A stretch of 64,000 bases of DNA, taken from NCBI GenBank assembly GCA_035549255.1, contig DASZRD010000004.1, forward strand, positions 8,667 through 72,666, written 5' to 3'. Below are positions 1 through 11,671 of this stretch, in pieces (the first letter of the stretch is position 1; every line of letters starts with the position of its first letter). Below the pieces are notes generated by a model. It was given only the letters and a program-made list of their open reading frames with translations, did not search any database and was not told the origin of the DNA. Position numbers and translations under genes: made by a program. Source of the stretch: Minisyncoccota bacterium. Lineage in GTDB: Bacteria > Patescibacteriota > Minisyncoccia > Phycocordibacterales > SBAW01.

Positions 1-948
1 CAGCACGCCGAGTACGGCGGCGTGTACCCCAACCTCGCCAAGCGCGAGCACGAGAAGAATTTGCCCGTATTATTTGAGCAATTTAAGGACGAAGAGTATG
101 AGGCAATAGCCGTAACTCAAGGTCCTGGACTTGAACCCGCTCTCTGGACGGGCGTTGAGTTCGCAAAGAAATTAGCAAACGAGAAAAATCTCCCGCTTAT
201 CCCTGCCAATCATATGGAAGGGCATCTTATATCGAGCCTCGTACAAGGCGGCGAACTTAAAGACGTACAACTTCCCGTTTTAGCGTTGCTTATTTCAGGC
301 GGGCATACAGAATTCGTATTAATGAGCGAATGGTTCCGCTACGAGATCATCGGCCAGACGCTCGACGACGCCGTCGGCGAAGCATTCGACAAAGTCGCGC
401 GCATGCTGGGGCTCCCGTACCCCGGCGGGCCGCAGATATCCAAACTCGCGAGCGAGCATCGGAAAGAAATTCCGTCAGACAAATGGTCTGAGAAAAATCC
501 TTTCAAGCTTCCCCGCCCCATGATCAACGCCGACACGTGCGACGTTTCTTTCTCCGGCCTCAAGACTGCGGCACTCTACGCACTGCGCGATAGAGGCGGC
601 ATACAAAAACTTTCTCCCGACCAGATAGCCGAATTTGCCCGTGAGTTTGAAGACGCAGTCGGTGATGTACTCACTGCCAAGACATTACGTGCGCTTGATG
701 CTACCAGTGCTAAAACATTTGTGATCGGCGGCGGCGTTGCGGCCAATGCATACTTGCGAGAAAAGTTGAAGGCAGTCGTCGCGAAAGAATTCCCCGACGT
801 AGAGTTCCGTCTCCCCGAACATGCCATAACCGGCGACAACGCAATCATGATAGCCGAAGCCGCGCTCACGCGGCGGTTGGGCGGCCTCGAAGACGCCACC
901 AAAGAAGACTTCAGAGCTGTCGGAAATCTTTCTATAAAAACGAAGTGA
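1..948 (+). CDS. tsaD: tRNA N6-adenosine threonylcarbamoyltransferase TsaD (5' truncated by window edge)
   Basis: Motifs IAVTQGPGL, NHMEGH, LLISGGHT, DDAVGEAFDKVARMLGLPYPGGP, SFSGLKT, DNAIMIA; frame is open to position 1. Confidence 0.97.
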   Translation, partial: QHAEYGGVYPNLAKREHEKNLPVLFEQFKDEEYEAIAVTQGPGLEPALWTGVEFAKKLANEKNLPLIPANHMEGHLISSLVQGGELKDVQLPVLALLISGGHTEFVLMSEWFRYEIIGQTLDDAVGEAFDKVARMLGLPYPGGPQISKLASEHRKEIPSDKWSEKNPFKLPRPMINADTCDVSFSGLKTAALYALRDRGGIQKLSPDQIAEFAREFEDAVGDVLTAKTLRALDATSAKTFVIGGGVAANAYLREKLKAVVAKEFPDVEFRLPEHAITGDNAIMIAEAALTRRLGGLEDATKEDFRAVGNLSIKTK

Positions 949-986
949 CCCCGACGATTTCTCGCCGGGGTCGAAACTTGGAGGGC

Positions 987-1322
987 CTACTTAATGACCC
1001 AGGTACAGGGAGAGACATCCCAGCCGACGAAGTCGTTACCGAACGACCGCTTCAACTGGTCAGTCATCTTATGGAAGAACTTCTTATATTCGCGCTCAAC
1101 GAACCGCGGATCGCTACCTGCACCAGGAATAACGTACTTGAACCCGATGCCATGTTGATCTTTCGAGCATTGGCGAATGTGGATGTCGGTGTAATTCTCA
1201 CCGTTCACGCCCATGCTCCATGCGCGGGCGGTTGCCTGCAGCTGGTACAGGGGAACGGAGTCCGAAAACTTCCACATTCCCGAGATGATGGGCTGGGCGA
1301 CCCAGGTGTCTTGCTGTGTCAT
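987..1322 (-). CDS. hypothetical protein (orphan, 111 aa)
   Basis: ATG-started ORF filling the tsaD-valS gap; GAGGT SD 5 nt upstream; no family recognised. Confidence 0.6.
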   Translation of the reverse strand: MTQQDTWVAQPIISGMWKFSDSVPLYQLQATARAWSMGVNGENYTDIHIRQCSKDQHGIGFKYVIPGAGSDPRFVEREYKKFFHKMTDQLKRSFGNDFVGWDVSPCTWVIK

Positions 1323-1450
1323 TTGAGACCTCTATGGAAAGGAACAGTACGCGACATTGCGTACGCATTAACTATATCATAATTTATACAAAATAGCAAG
1401 TCTCTCCTTGACCCTTCTAAAAAAGCCTTATTTGGCGTAGTATTTGCTCT

Positions 1451-3571
<2,121 letters not shown>

Positions 3572-3587
3572 CCTATATACTAGAGGC

Positions 3588-4328
3588 ATGCTCTCTTCGG
3601 CGCTGTTCATCGCTTTCTTAGGCGGCATAGTGCCTGCACTCCTCTGGCTCATCTTCTGGCTCCTCGAAGACCGCCTCCATCCCGAACCCAAGCATTACAT
3701 CATCCTGTGCTTTATCGCCGGCATGATAACCGTCCCCTTCGCCGGCTATATCGAGCGCGCCGTATGCGGCTCGCTCTCGGGGGGCATGTGCCCGCTCCCG
3801 AACGTGTCCTTCTTTGTCCTCGTGTGCTGGGCGGCCACGGAGGAATTGCTCAAATTTGCGGCTGCCTACCTGGTAGCGCTGCGCACACGGGTGTTCGACG
3901 AGCCGCTTGATGCGGTCATTTACATGGTCACTGCGGCGCTGGGCTTTTCCGCTGCGGAAAACATGCTCTTCCTCTACAGCTGCCTGAACCTAAGCCCCGG
4001 CAGCGGATGCATTGCCCCCACCATCCTCTCTCAGGCAATCATTACGGGAGACCTGCGCTTTATGGGCGCCATGCTCCTCCATACGCTTTCTTCAGCCACG
4101 ATCGGGTTGTGTCTAGCACTCGCCTACTACCACGGCGCCCGGTCGCGGCGCCTGGCGGCCCTGGGCGGACTTATCCTTGCGACCGTGTTGCACACCTCAT
4201 TCAACTTTTTTATACTTGGGTCTGGGAGCAATGCGACATTCTGGATATTCCTCGTCATCTGGCTGGGGATTATCGCGGTTCTCCTGGGAATCGAGCGCGT
4301 CAAGCGCCCGATGCCGCACTATTCTTAA
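3588..4328 (+). CDS. prsW: PrsW-family intramembrane glutamic protease
   Basis: D..HPEP, EELLK, FDEPLDAV, ALGFSAAEN, LH..FN motifs; TATACT 6 nt before ATG 3588. Confidence 0.9.
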   Translation: MLSSALFIAFLGGIVPALLWLIFWLLEDRLHPEPKHYIILCFIAGMITVPFAGYIERAVCGSLSGGMCPLPNVSFFVLVCWAATEELLKFAAAYLVALRTRVFDEPLDAVIYMVTAALGFSAAENMLFLYSCLNLSPGSGCIAPTILSQAIITGDLRFMGAMLLHTLSSATIGLCLALAYYHGARSRRLAALGGLILATVLHTSFNFFILGSGSNATFWIFLVIWLGIIAVLLGIERVKRPMPHYS

Positions 4329-4346
4329 CCTTTCATCTTCGTAGCT

Positions 4347-4865
4347 ATGGCGCGCGACAAAAAATCCTTATTCGACTGGCTGACCGGCGGCTCCGGCGCG
4401 GATAATGAATACTCTTTTGACGACCTCGACAGCGGCTCGAGCCTGGCGGTTACCCGCTCGCAAGCACCGAAGAAATCCCTTCCGATAACCCGCGTCGCCG
4501 AGGAGGAGCCGGCAGAGCTTCCGGAGGAGACGATGGAGGGCGAGCTTTCCATAGACATGCATCAGACACCGACCCATATAGTGATCAAGGCGATGATCGC
4601 CGGCGTGCGCCCCGAAGATCTCGATATCTCGATCACGCGCGACATGGTCACGATCCGCGGCAAGCGAGAGCGCGCGACCGAGGGCCACGCAGGCGATTAT
4701 TTTTTCCAAGAATTGTATTGGGGCACGTTCAGCCGCACTATCGTGCTCCCGCAGGAGGTAGAGATCGAGGAAGCGGAGGCAGTCGAGAAGCATGGCCTCC
4801 TCGTTATACGGCTCCCCAAGATGGACAAAGGGAGACAAGCCAAGCTCAAGGTCCGATCAAACTAA
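4347..4865 (+). CDS. Hsp20/alpha-crystallin small heat-shock protein
   Basis: IAGVRPEDLDI, ELYWGTFSRTIVLP, GLLVIRLPK. Confidence 0.95.
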   Translation: MARDKKSLFDWLTGGSGADNEYSFDDLDSGSSLAVTRSQAPKKSLPITRVAEEEPAELPEETMEGELSIDMHQTPTHIVIKAMIAGVRPEDLDISITRDMVTIRGKRERATEGHAGDYFFQELYWGTFSRTIVLPQEVEIEEAEAVEKHGLLVIRLPKMDKGRQAKLKVRSN

Positions 4866-4892
4866 AAAATCCCCTTCCGGGGGATTTTTTAG
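4862..4892. terminator. bidirectional intrinsic terminator
   Basis: CTAAAAAATCCCC-loop-GGGGATTTTTTAG between convergent hsp20 and tRNA-Phe. Confidence 0.85.
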
Positions 4893-4927
4893 TAAATAGC
4901 CCTGCACACATTTCACTTCGTTCAATG

Positions 4928-5000
4928 TGCTTGGGGCCAGGATCGAACTGGCGACCCCCTCCTCTTCAGGGAGATGCTCTACCAACTGAGCTACCCAAGC
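4928..5000 (-). tRNA. tRNA-Phe(GAA)
   Basis: GCTTGGGTAGCTCAGTTGGTAGAGC...CT-GAA-GA...GTTCGATC...CCCAAGCA cloverleaf; CCA not encoded. Confidence 0.95.
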
Positions 5001-5045
5001 GTTACTAGAGGATTCTAGCAGAAATGCCCCTATTTAGAAACCCCG

Positions 5046-5366
5046 TTATCGCGAATTGGTTGTTGTGCCCGTGCCGCCGCCCTGGAATTGCTGTATGGCG
5101 TTTTGTGCTTGCTCCTGGAGATTTTGGATATTGCCATAGAGGCCAAGTATCTTTTGCAGATATGGTTGGAGATATAGATACGAATAGTACGAGGCGACGA
5201 TGATCGCTACGATCCAAAGCAGACGTACTGCGTACGAAAGCCATGTACCGCGGCGCACGGCATGGAGCATCTTATTGTTCTCCTGCGCAAGTGCGATATT
5301 CTGGCGCATCAATTCCTTAAGCTCCTCCACCGATGACGACTGAGGTATTTCTTGTTGCGGGTCCAT
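5046..5366 (-). CDS. hypothetical single-pass membrane coiled-coil protein
   Basis: LAQENNKML helix, one TM; TATAAT 6 nt before ATG. Confidence 0.8.
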   Translation of the reverse strand: MDPQQEIPQSSSVEELKELMRQNIALAQENNKMLHAVRRGTWLSYAVRLLWIVAIIVASYYSYLYLQPYLQKILGLYGNIQNLQEQAQNAIQQFQGGGTGTTTNSR

Positions 5367-5400
5367 ACACCAATTATATGCTACATTTTGTCTTGTCCAT

Positions 5401-5472
5401 GCCGCTATAGCTCAATGGATAGAGCAATCCCGTCCTAAGGGAGAGATGTGGGTTCGATTCCTGCTAGCGGCA
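5401..5472 (+). tRNA. tRNA-Arg(CCT)
   Basis: GCCGCTA/TAGCGGC acceptor stem, anticodon loop GT-CCT-AA, GTTCGATTC T-loop; CCA not encoded. Confidence 0.93.
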
Positions 5473-5535
5473 CAAAGAGAAAACCCGCCAAAAATATCTC
5501 AGGCGGGTTTTCTTACAGTTATTAGTGAGATCAGA

Positions 5536-5778
5536 CTATGCCGCGATGCCGAGCTTCTGGGCCAGGCGGTCGCGCGAGAAGCCGATCATGATATCACCGT
5601 TGATGACAATGACAGGCACGCCGAGCTGCCCCGTGAGCTCTACCATCTCCGCGCGCTTCTGCGCATCGCTTGCGACATCGTAGGCGGTATACTTGACGCC
5701 CTTCTCAGCGAAGAATTCCTTCGCCATCTGGCAGAAGTGGCAGGTGGGCGTGCTGTAAATAGTTACGTTCTTGTCCAT
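5536..5778 (-). CDS. glutaredoxin / NrdH-redoxin
   Basis: IYSTPTCHFC (CxxC), GVPVI. Confidence 0.93.
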   Translation of the reverse strand: MDKNVTIYSTPTCHFCQMAKEFFAEKGVKYTAYDVASDAQKRAEMVELTGQLGVPVIVINGDIMIGFSRDRLAQKLGIAA

Positions 5779-5838
5779 AGCATTTATTGTTATTACTTAC
5801 TTTCTAGTATAGCATACGTGTCAAGCCCTCTCAGGGTT

Positions 5839-5909
5839 GCGGGATTAGTTTAGTGGTAGAACATGTGCTTCCCAAGCATAGGGCGCGAGTCCGATTCTCG
5901 CATCCCGCA
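5839..5909 (+). tRNA. tRNA-Gly(CCC)
   Basis: GCGGGAT/ATCCCGC acceptor stem, loop TT-CCC-AA; T-loop variant GTCCGATTC; CCA not encoded. Confidence 0.93.
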
Positions 5910-5922
5910 CAGAAACGCAGTC

Positions 5923-6321
5923 CTACAGCGAAAAAAGCGAGTGGAGAAGATTAGCCACCGGGTTGCTCGAGGAGGTGGCCTCTTGCGCTGTCGGGGCTAT
6001 GTCATTGCGCACGATATCGATCTCTCCTTCGCCGGGCAAAGCCACGCCGAAGCGCTCGCGCGCCTCGCGATCGAGCCCGTCGGGAGAGTTGAACGACTCG
6101 ACTGTCGCGCTCATATGCGCCTCATCCTGCTCGGCGCTCGCGAGCTGGGCCTCCGTCTCGTCGCGGCCGGCAGCGGCAACCCTGAAGGTGCCGTACATCC
6201 CCCACGCGGAAGAGACCGCGAAGCACGATATGCCGAAAAGGACGATCGTGGCAAGGAAGGTGGCGCCAAACCGTACGGCGTAGTGAACTCTTTTGCTGTG
6301 GGGCTTTCTAAATTCTTGCAT
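5923..6321 (-). CDS. septum formation initiator (FtsB/DivIC-like)
   Basis: TM + coiled coil + REARERFGVALPGE motif. Confidence 0.75.
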   Translation of the reverse strand: MQEFRKPHSKRVHYAVRFGATFLATIVLFGISCFAVSSAWGMYGTFRVAAAGRDETEAQLASAEQDEAHMSATVESFNSPDGLDREARERFGVALPGEGEIDIVRNDIAPTAQEATSSSNPVANLLHSLFSL

Positions 6322-6339
6322 ATCTGCTAGGATGGGCAC

Positions 6340-6453
6340 ATGTTCGGGCTATTCGGCAAACACCGCGACCGCTTTACCAAGATCTTTGCTTGGGTGGTCG
6401 GCACGCTCGTTATCGCGAGCATGATCGTAGCGTACTTCTCGCTACTCTTCTAA
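6340..6453 (+). CDS. small membrane peptide, 37 aa (not in ORF track)
   Basis: MFGLFGKHRDRFTKIFAWVVGTLVIASMIVAYFSLLF; TAGGAT 6 nt before ATG; GC hairpin at ~6481-6511. Confidence 0.65.
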   Translation: MFGLFGKHRDRFTKIFAWVVGTLVIASMIVAYFSLLF

Positions 6454-6638
6454 CTCCTGAGCGTGCACCCTATCACGAGGAGGGGCCGCAGCGCTTGCGC
6501 GCTGCGGCCCTGTGCTCCACATACTACACCTATCCGACATCACTAGCAAACAAGCCATTGTGTGGATATCCCCCGCCCCCTATTTGCGCACCCGTACAGG
6601 AGGTATATAACTAGAGCCAGTTACCAGGGAGGAAGGTC

Positions 6639-6809
6639 ATGCCTATCAACTGGGTTCTATTGGCGGTAATCGTTCTTGCGGCAATCATCGTATTCATCAT
6701 CTTCTTCGTCTTCGGCGCAATGAAAGCAGCCAGCGACGCCGATGACGAGATAGAGCGGTGGGAGGAGGAGGCCGGCCTCCGCAAGAAATCCGATCGGTCA
6801 TCCATCTAG
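6639..6809 (+). CDS. small bitopic membrane protein, 56 aa (not in ORF track)
   Basis: MPINWVLLAVIVLAAIIVFIIFFVFGAMKAASDADDEIERWEEEAGLRKKSDRSSI; GGAGG SD; terminator follows. Confidence 0.75.
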   Translation: MPINWVLLAVIVLAAIIVFIIFFVFGAMKAASDADDEIERWEEEAGLRKKSDRSSI

Positions 6810-6813
6810 TTTC

Positions 6814-6841
6814 AACAGCCGCCCCAGAGGGGCGGCTGTTT
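6814..6841. terminator. intrinsic terminator
   Basis: AACAGCCGCCCC-AGA-GGGGCGGCTGTT. Confidence 0.8.
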
Positions 6842-6878
6842 ACTACCTAAAAACCCTTGCAGTTACTGGCCAGTTCGC

Positions 6879-8969
6879 CTATCGACCCATTTGGTAAAGC
6901 TGAGCCACCTCGCTCGCCGAGAGCGCGCGGTTGTAGATGCGGACGTCGTCTATAGAGCCCGGGAAGTAATTGCCCGCCCCGCAGCCGCTGGACCCCGCCT
7001 CGGAGCCGATGCAGTCGCGTATGGCGCTGGTGTAGCGGATAGCACCGCTCGGGCTGGTGTTGTCCGAGACGTCGACGCCGTTGACATAGAGCCGGAGGGT
7101 CTCGCCGTCGTAGGTAGCCATGGCGTAGTACCAGGTATTCTGCGCGATATTGGTATCGGTTACATAATAGTAGGTGCCGCCGATGTTGACCGTGGCATCG
7201 AGCCCCGTGACGGTGTCATTGAAGGCGAGGCTGTAGCCGCCCGACTCGGTCTTGGAGAGAATGCGGGTGTTGGTGGTTGTGCTGGTAGCCCTAAACCACG
7301 CGCCAAAGGAGATGGTAGTGGGCTCGAGCGTGACGCTGCGCGGTATCGAGATATATGAGGCACTGCCGTCAAATTTGAGCGCCTGGCCGACCTTCCCTGC
7401 CACGGGCGCGGTGGTCGTGCCCAAGCTCACGAGCGTGCCGGTGTTGCCCGTGCCGCTCATATCGGCGATCGTATTTGAGCGCCAGTTGATGGTCGAGCCG
7501 TCCATAGTCCAATAGCCGACCAGGCCGGAGTTGATATTCCCTGCATTAGTCGTAGGCCCCGGCGAGTGTGCGATATTGGTCTGACCGAGACGATAGAGCT
7601 GGGACACCTCGCTAGCGGAGAGAGCGCGGTTGTAGACGCGGATATCATCGAGATAGCCCGAGAACCAGTCGCCCGAATTCCCGCCCACGAAGGCGACCGG
7701 ACACCCGTAGGTTTTTGAAATGGTTCCCACAGCCGCGCCGTTGGCATAGAGCGTCGCGGTACCGGTGTTGTTGACGAAGACGAGATACGTCCAGGCGTTC
7801 TGCGGCACGGTATAGGAGGGCGAAAAGGTGTCGTCCGAGACACCGTACGCCGTCTCGCCGGCTATGGTATTGCCCACCTGCTGCACGCGCAAACTGTATT
7901 GGCCGCTATCCATCATCGGGTAGCCGTGCGACTGGCTGGCGCTGTTGCGCAAGTTTACCCAGCCGGTAACCGTGCATGGTGCGGAGACATTTGAGCCCGA
8001 TGTGGGGATATACGCTCCCGATGCAAGCGAGAGCGCCTGACCTATCTTCCCTGCCACGGCAGTTATGGCACCGCTCACAGAGGTAAGCGTGCCGGTGATG
8101 CTGCCGACGATATCCTGCGTCGTCGGGCCCGCCCAATTAGTGGTGTTGCCGTCCATAGGCCAATAGTCAACCAGGCCCTTAGAGAGCGGTGCGGCGCTCG
8201 AGTGGCCGAGGGTGGCTCTCTGACTCTGTAGGGAGCTGATGTCGCTTTGGGTAAGCGCGCGATTATATCCCTTGAGGTCGTCTATCTGGCCGTTGAAATA
8301 GTTCGCAAGATCGCTGCAGTGGCCCGAAGCGCTGGTGAAGCTGCAGCCCTGCTGCGGGTAGCCCGCGAGAAAGTAAATGTCGTCGGGCGGCGCCCACGCG
8401 CCGCTTTGTGTGCCCTGGAGCACTCCGTCAACATAGAGCGACTGCGTCTGCGCTATGCCGTCGTAATAGAGGACGACGTTGTACCATTGCCCCGCGTTGA
8501 TAGGAGAAGAAGCGATGTCGCCGATGTTCCAGAAGCCGGCATAAAATGCGCCGTTGTAGATGCCGACGAGCGTATAGTGGTAGCCCGAGCTCGGCGCGCC
8601 ATCGCCTTCTTCGGTGAGGACACTCTGCTCGGTGGCCACGTCATTAGCCTTTACCCACATCGAGAGCGAGACGGAGGTCGGGAGCGAGCCGATGAGGCCC
8701 CAGGCGTATTGATTGGTACCATCAAGCGTGAGCGCCTGGCCATTGTGGCCGGCGGCGACGGATGCGCCATTGACGAGCGTGAGATTGTGCCCGTTGCCCG
8801 AGAGGTCGGAGACCGTGTTGCCGCTGACCGTACTGGAATCGAAGGACCAGTACGCGGTCACGCCCAGCTGATTAGCCGGCACCGAGATCGTGCTGATCCG
8901 CGCTGCGGCGTCAGCCGTAAGCGGCAGGAAAAACAGCGCGGCAAAGAGCATGTAGAAAGTCTTTTTCAT
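6879..8969 (-). CDS. secreted protein with three LamG/concanavalin A-like domains
   Basis: Signal peptide; three units from GLV.YW.(F/M)D to G.IDD.R.YNRALS. Confidence 0.92.
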   Translation of the reverse strand: MKKTFYMLFAALFFLPLTADAAARISTISVPANQLGVTAYWSFDSSTVSGNTVSDLSGNGHNLTLVNGASVAAGHNGQALTLDGTNQYAWGLIGSLPTSVSLSMWVKANDVATEQSVLTEEGDGAPSSGYHYTLVGIYNGAFYAGFWNIGDIASSPINAGQWYNVVLYYDGIAQTQSLYVDGVLQGTQSGAWAPPDDIYFLAGYPQQGCSFTSASGHCSDLANYFNGQIDDLKGYNRALTQSDISSLQSQRATLGHSSAAPLSKGLVDYWPMDGNTTNWAGPTTQDIVGSITGTLTSVSGAITAVAGKIGQALSLASGAYIPTSGSNVSAPCTVTGWVNLRNSASQSHGYPMMDSGQYSLRVQQVGNTIAGETAYGVSDDTFSPSYTVPQNAWTYLVFVNNTGTATLYANGAAVGTISKTYGCPVAFVGGNSGDWFSGYLDDIRVYNRALSASEVSQLYRLGQTNIAHSPGPTTNAGNINSGLVGYWTMDGSTINWRSNTIADMSGTGNTGTLVSLGTTTAPVAGKVGQALKFDGSASYISIPRSVTLEPTTISFGAWFRATSTTTNTRILSKTESGGYSLAFNDTVTGLDATVNIGGTYYYVTDTNIAQNTWYYAMATYDGETLRLYVNGVDVSDNTSPSGAIRYTSAIRDCIGSEAGSSGCGAGNYFPGSIDDVRIYNRALSASEVAQLYQMGR

Positions 8970-11092
8970 TTGCCGAGATTGTAGAGCTGCTTCGCTTCGT
9001 TTGCGGAGAGAGCGCGGTTGTAGACGCGTATCTCGTCGATATCACCTGCAAAGGGCGACGAGGGGGAGCTAATGAGCTCGTAGCCGTCGGTCCAGAGGTC
9101 CATGCTGCCAATACTCGAGAACCAGTTCGATGTCGATGAGCTCCCGCTCGTATAGCCCAGCCCCACGGCGGAGCCGTCGATATAGAGCGTATTGCCTAAA
9201 GAATTGACGGTGAAGGTCAGCTGATGCCACTTGGTGTCGTAGGCCAGGGTCGCCGTGGCCCGATAGAAGTCGCTTGAGCCCTTGAGCAAGAGAGAGATGG
9301 TGCCGCCAGCAGTGTAGAGCAGGCGGAAGATGTTGTTGTTGGTGCCCGACTGGCCGAGGTAAATGAGCGAGCCGTTAGTGTCGGCCGTGCGGCGGAACCA
9401 CACGCTCACACTCCCCTGAGTGTTGCCGGAAATCGCGGAGACGACCGAGGTATTGCGGATATAATCGCCCATGCCGTTGAAGTGAAGCGCCTGGCCGAGC
9501 TTGCCCGCGACCTTCATCGAGCTAGTCGCCACCGAGCCGTCGGCGTAGCCATTGTAGCCGCCGATCCTGTCATAAATTTTATCGGTCACATCGATGCCGT
9601 TGAGGCTCCAGTATGCCACGAGCCCGCTCGCGAGCGAAGAATTGTCGGAGAGGGTGATTGCGTTCGCGACTTTAGCCGCGCCTTCTTGATAGAGCTGTTT
9701 TACTTCGCCTGCCGAAAGCGCGCGGTTGTAGACCCGTACGTCGTCGATAGGACCCTTGAAAAAGTTGCCCGGCGAGTTTGACACATACTCGGAGCCGATG
9801 AGCACATTGGTCGTGGGGGTAGGCGTGCTGCAGGCATCGACCGTCGAAGTATCGAGCGTGCCGTTGATATAGAGATACTTCGTGGTCCCATCGAAGACGC
9901 CGACGACGTGATACCACGCACCGGGAGAGAGTACCGCATTGGACGTGAGAGTAAACGAGCCACAATCGCGCTGCAATTGAAGGTGGTTCGTCGATGAGAG
10001 GTTCAAGATCCACTGACCCGTAACGCCCGAATTAAACTTGGATACGATGGTTTGCGCTCCGGTAGCCGTGGTCTTTACCCACGCGCTTACGGCGAACGGC
10101 GCAGTGCCGGAAAAGCTCAGTATATTGCCGAGGTTGACATATGAGCTGCCGCTTAACGAAAGCGCCTGCCCCAGTTTTCCCTGCACGAGCATCGAACTAG
10201 TCGCAACCCCTCCACCGACGTAGCCGTTATTCCCCTGCCCGCTACTGTCCTGGATGGTGGTGCCTATGGTCGAACCGTCAAAGGTCCACCAGCCGACCAG
10301 GCCGTTTTTTAAGGTCGAGCCGCCCGCGAGCGTGCCCGCCGAGGTGTTGTACTTTACGCTCGTGGCGTTGTAGAAGTTGGCTACCTCGCCTGCCGAAAGC
10401 GCGCGATTGTAGATGCGGATGTCGTCGAGCGAGCCGTTATAGTAGGCACCCCACGTTTGTGCGTAGCCTATATAAAACGGTGCTGCACCGATGATGTTGG
10501 CGGTATCAGTACTGCTGCTATCGAGTACGCCGTTAACATACCAATAGATGGTCCCGCCGGTGCGCACAAACGTGGCCAGCGTCCACACTCCTGTCGGAAT
10601 CGTGGCAGTAGTAAGGAAATTGTGCTGTTGCGTAAGTCGCACATCAAGGTGTCCCGGATGACCAGAGTCTTGGTATATCTGCCACCCATTGTCCGAGTCA
10701 CTCGATTTTTGGCCTATGAGCCCGATTGTTGCGCCGGTGCCCCATGGCGAAGAAGGTTTGATCCAAAACGAGACGGAAAAATCTCCCGTACCAAAATTAT
10801 AGGCAGAAGTAAATCCGCGGCTCGCGACCTGAATGGAAGAGCTGTTAAACGATAGTGAGGAACCAATCTTGCCGGGAGTCCATGTTGGAGAGTTGTAGAG
10901 ATCAAGATTGTAGCCGTTTCCGCTGTAGTCGCGTGCCGTGGCACCGCTTCCTTCGTCAAACTTCCAATAACTCAAGAGACCGAAATTGTTGGCGGGCGTG
11001 ATGATCGCAGCCTGCGCAGCATTCGCCCATGCAAAGGCGACGTAGACGATAATACTCGCGAGGATAATCTTATGTTTTAGCGAAATTGCCAT
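8966..11092 (-). CDS. secreted protein with three LamG/concanavalin A-like domains
   Basis: Start MAISLKHK with signal peptide; three DD(I/V)R.YNRALS units; overlaps next start codon. Confidence 0.92.
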   Translation of the reverse strand: MAISLKHKIILASIIVYVAFAWANAAQAAIITPANNFGLLSYWKFDEGSGATARDYSGNGYNLDLYNSPTWTPGKIGSSLSFNSSSIQVASRGFTSAYNFGTGDFSVSFWIKPSSPWGTGATIGLIGQKSSDSDNGWQIYQDSGHPGHLDVRLTQQHNFLTTATIPTGVWTLATFVRTGGTIYWYVNGVLDSSSTDTANIIGAAPFYIGYAQTWGAYYNGSLDDIRIYNRALSAGEVANFYNATSVKYNTSAGTLAGGSTLKNGLVGWWTFDGSTIGTTIQDSSGQGNNGYVGGGVATSSMLVQGKLGQALSLSGSSYVNLGNILSFSGTAPFAVSAWVKTTATGAQTIVSKFNSGVTGQWILNLSSTNHLQLQRDCGSFTLTSNAVLSPGAWYHVVGVFDGTTKYLYINGTLDTSTVDACSTPTPTTNVLIGSEYVSNSPGNFFKGPIDDVRVYNRALSAGEVKQLYQEGAAKVANAITLSDNSSLASGLVAYWSLNGIDVTDKIYDRIGGYNGYADGSVATSSMKVAGKLGQALHFNGMGDYIRNTSVVSAISGNTQGSVSVWFRRTADTNGSLIYLGQSGTNNNIFRLLYTAGGTISLLLKGSSDFYRATATLAYDTKWHQLTFTVNSLGNTLYIDGSAVGLGYTSGSSSTSNWFSSIGSMDLWTDGYELISSPSSPFAGDIDEIRVYNRALSANEAKQLYNLGK

Positions 11093-11652
11093 GTTTGGAA
11101 TATCTGCCGCAGGAGGTCGTCCAGTCGCGCATAGGTCGAGATCTGGTAGAGGTTGCCGCGGAAGACAAACCATACTTCGCGCGAGTCGCCGCCGAAGGCA
11201 TCGTTGTTGCTCTTGAAAGCGAGCCCCGTGTAATGTTCGCCGACCTCGACCGGCTGCGGGTCGAGGATCTCGAGGTCGGGCACGTCTTGGTGGATGCGGT
11301 CGGCCGTGAGCGTGTAGCTCCCTGTTGTATCCTCATCGAAGGGCGATACCGCTATCTGGATGCCGTTATCGTTCTGGTCTTGGAGCACGATAGTCTCAGG
11401 CGTGCCATCCGGGTCGCCGGGGATATCCTGCGCGGTGAAGTCGGCAGGCATTTTGAGCGAGAAGTTGTAGATAGAGTTGTCGTACTCTTTGGTGAGCGCG
11501 GGCACGACGTAGGGCGGCTGCGATGGTTGATCGCTAGAAGGAGCCCAGGATGCGGGGACCAATTTTGTCGCACCATATGCGGCAAAGCCCAAGAGTATGA
11601 GCGCTATTGCGACTAGAAAGATGGTCCGCTTTTTTCTAAATGGGTACATCAT
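11077..11652 (-). CDS. membrane-anchored PsbP-like hypothetical protein
   Basis: N-terminal TM; YNFSLKMP motif and C-terminal QIFQTWQF pattern of PsbP-like folds. Confidence 0.7.
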   Translation of the reverse strand: MMYPFRKKRTIFLVAIALILLGFAAYGATKLVPASWAPSSDQPSQPPYVVPALTKEYDNSIYNFSLKMPADFTAQDIPGDPDGTPETIVLQDQNDNGIQIAVSPFDEDTTGSYTLTADRIHQDVPDLEILDPQPVEVGEHYTGLAFKSNNDAFGGDSREVWFVFRGNLYQISTYARLDDLLRQIFQTWQFR

Positions 11653-11671
11653 TGTCTGTAAACGATAGCGA

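Noticed and set aside
6879-11092. Diversity-generating retroelement acting on LamG repeats
   Set aside because: No reverse transcriptase and no adenine-specific template/variable repeat pair seen
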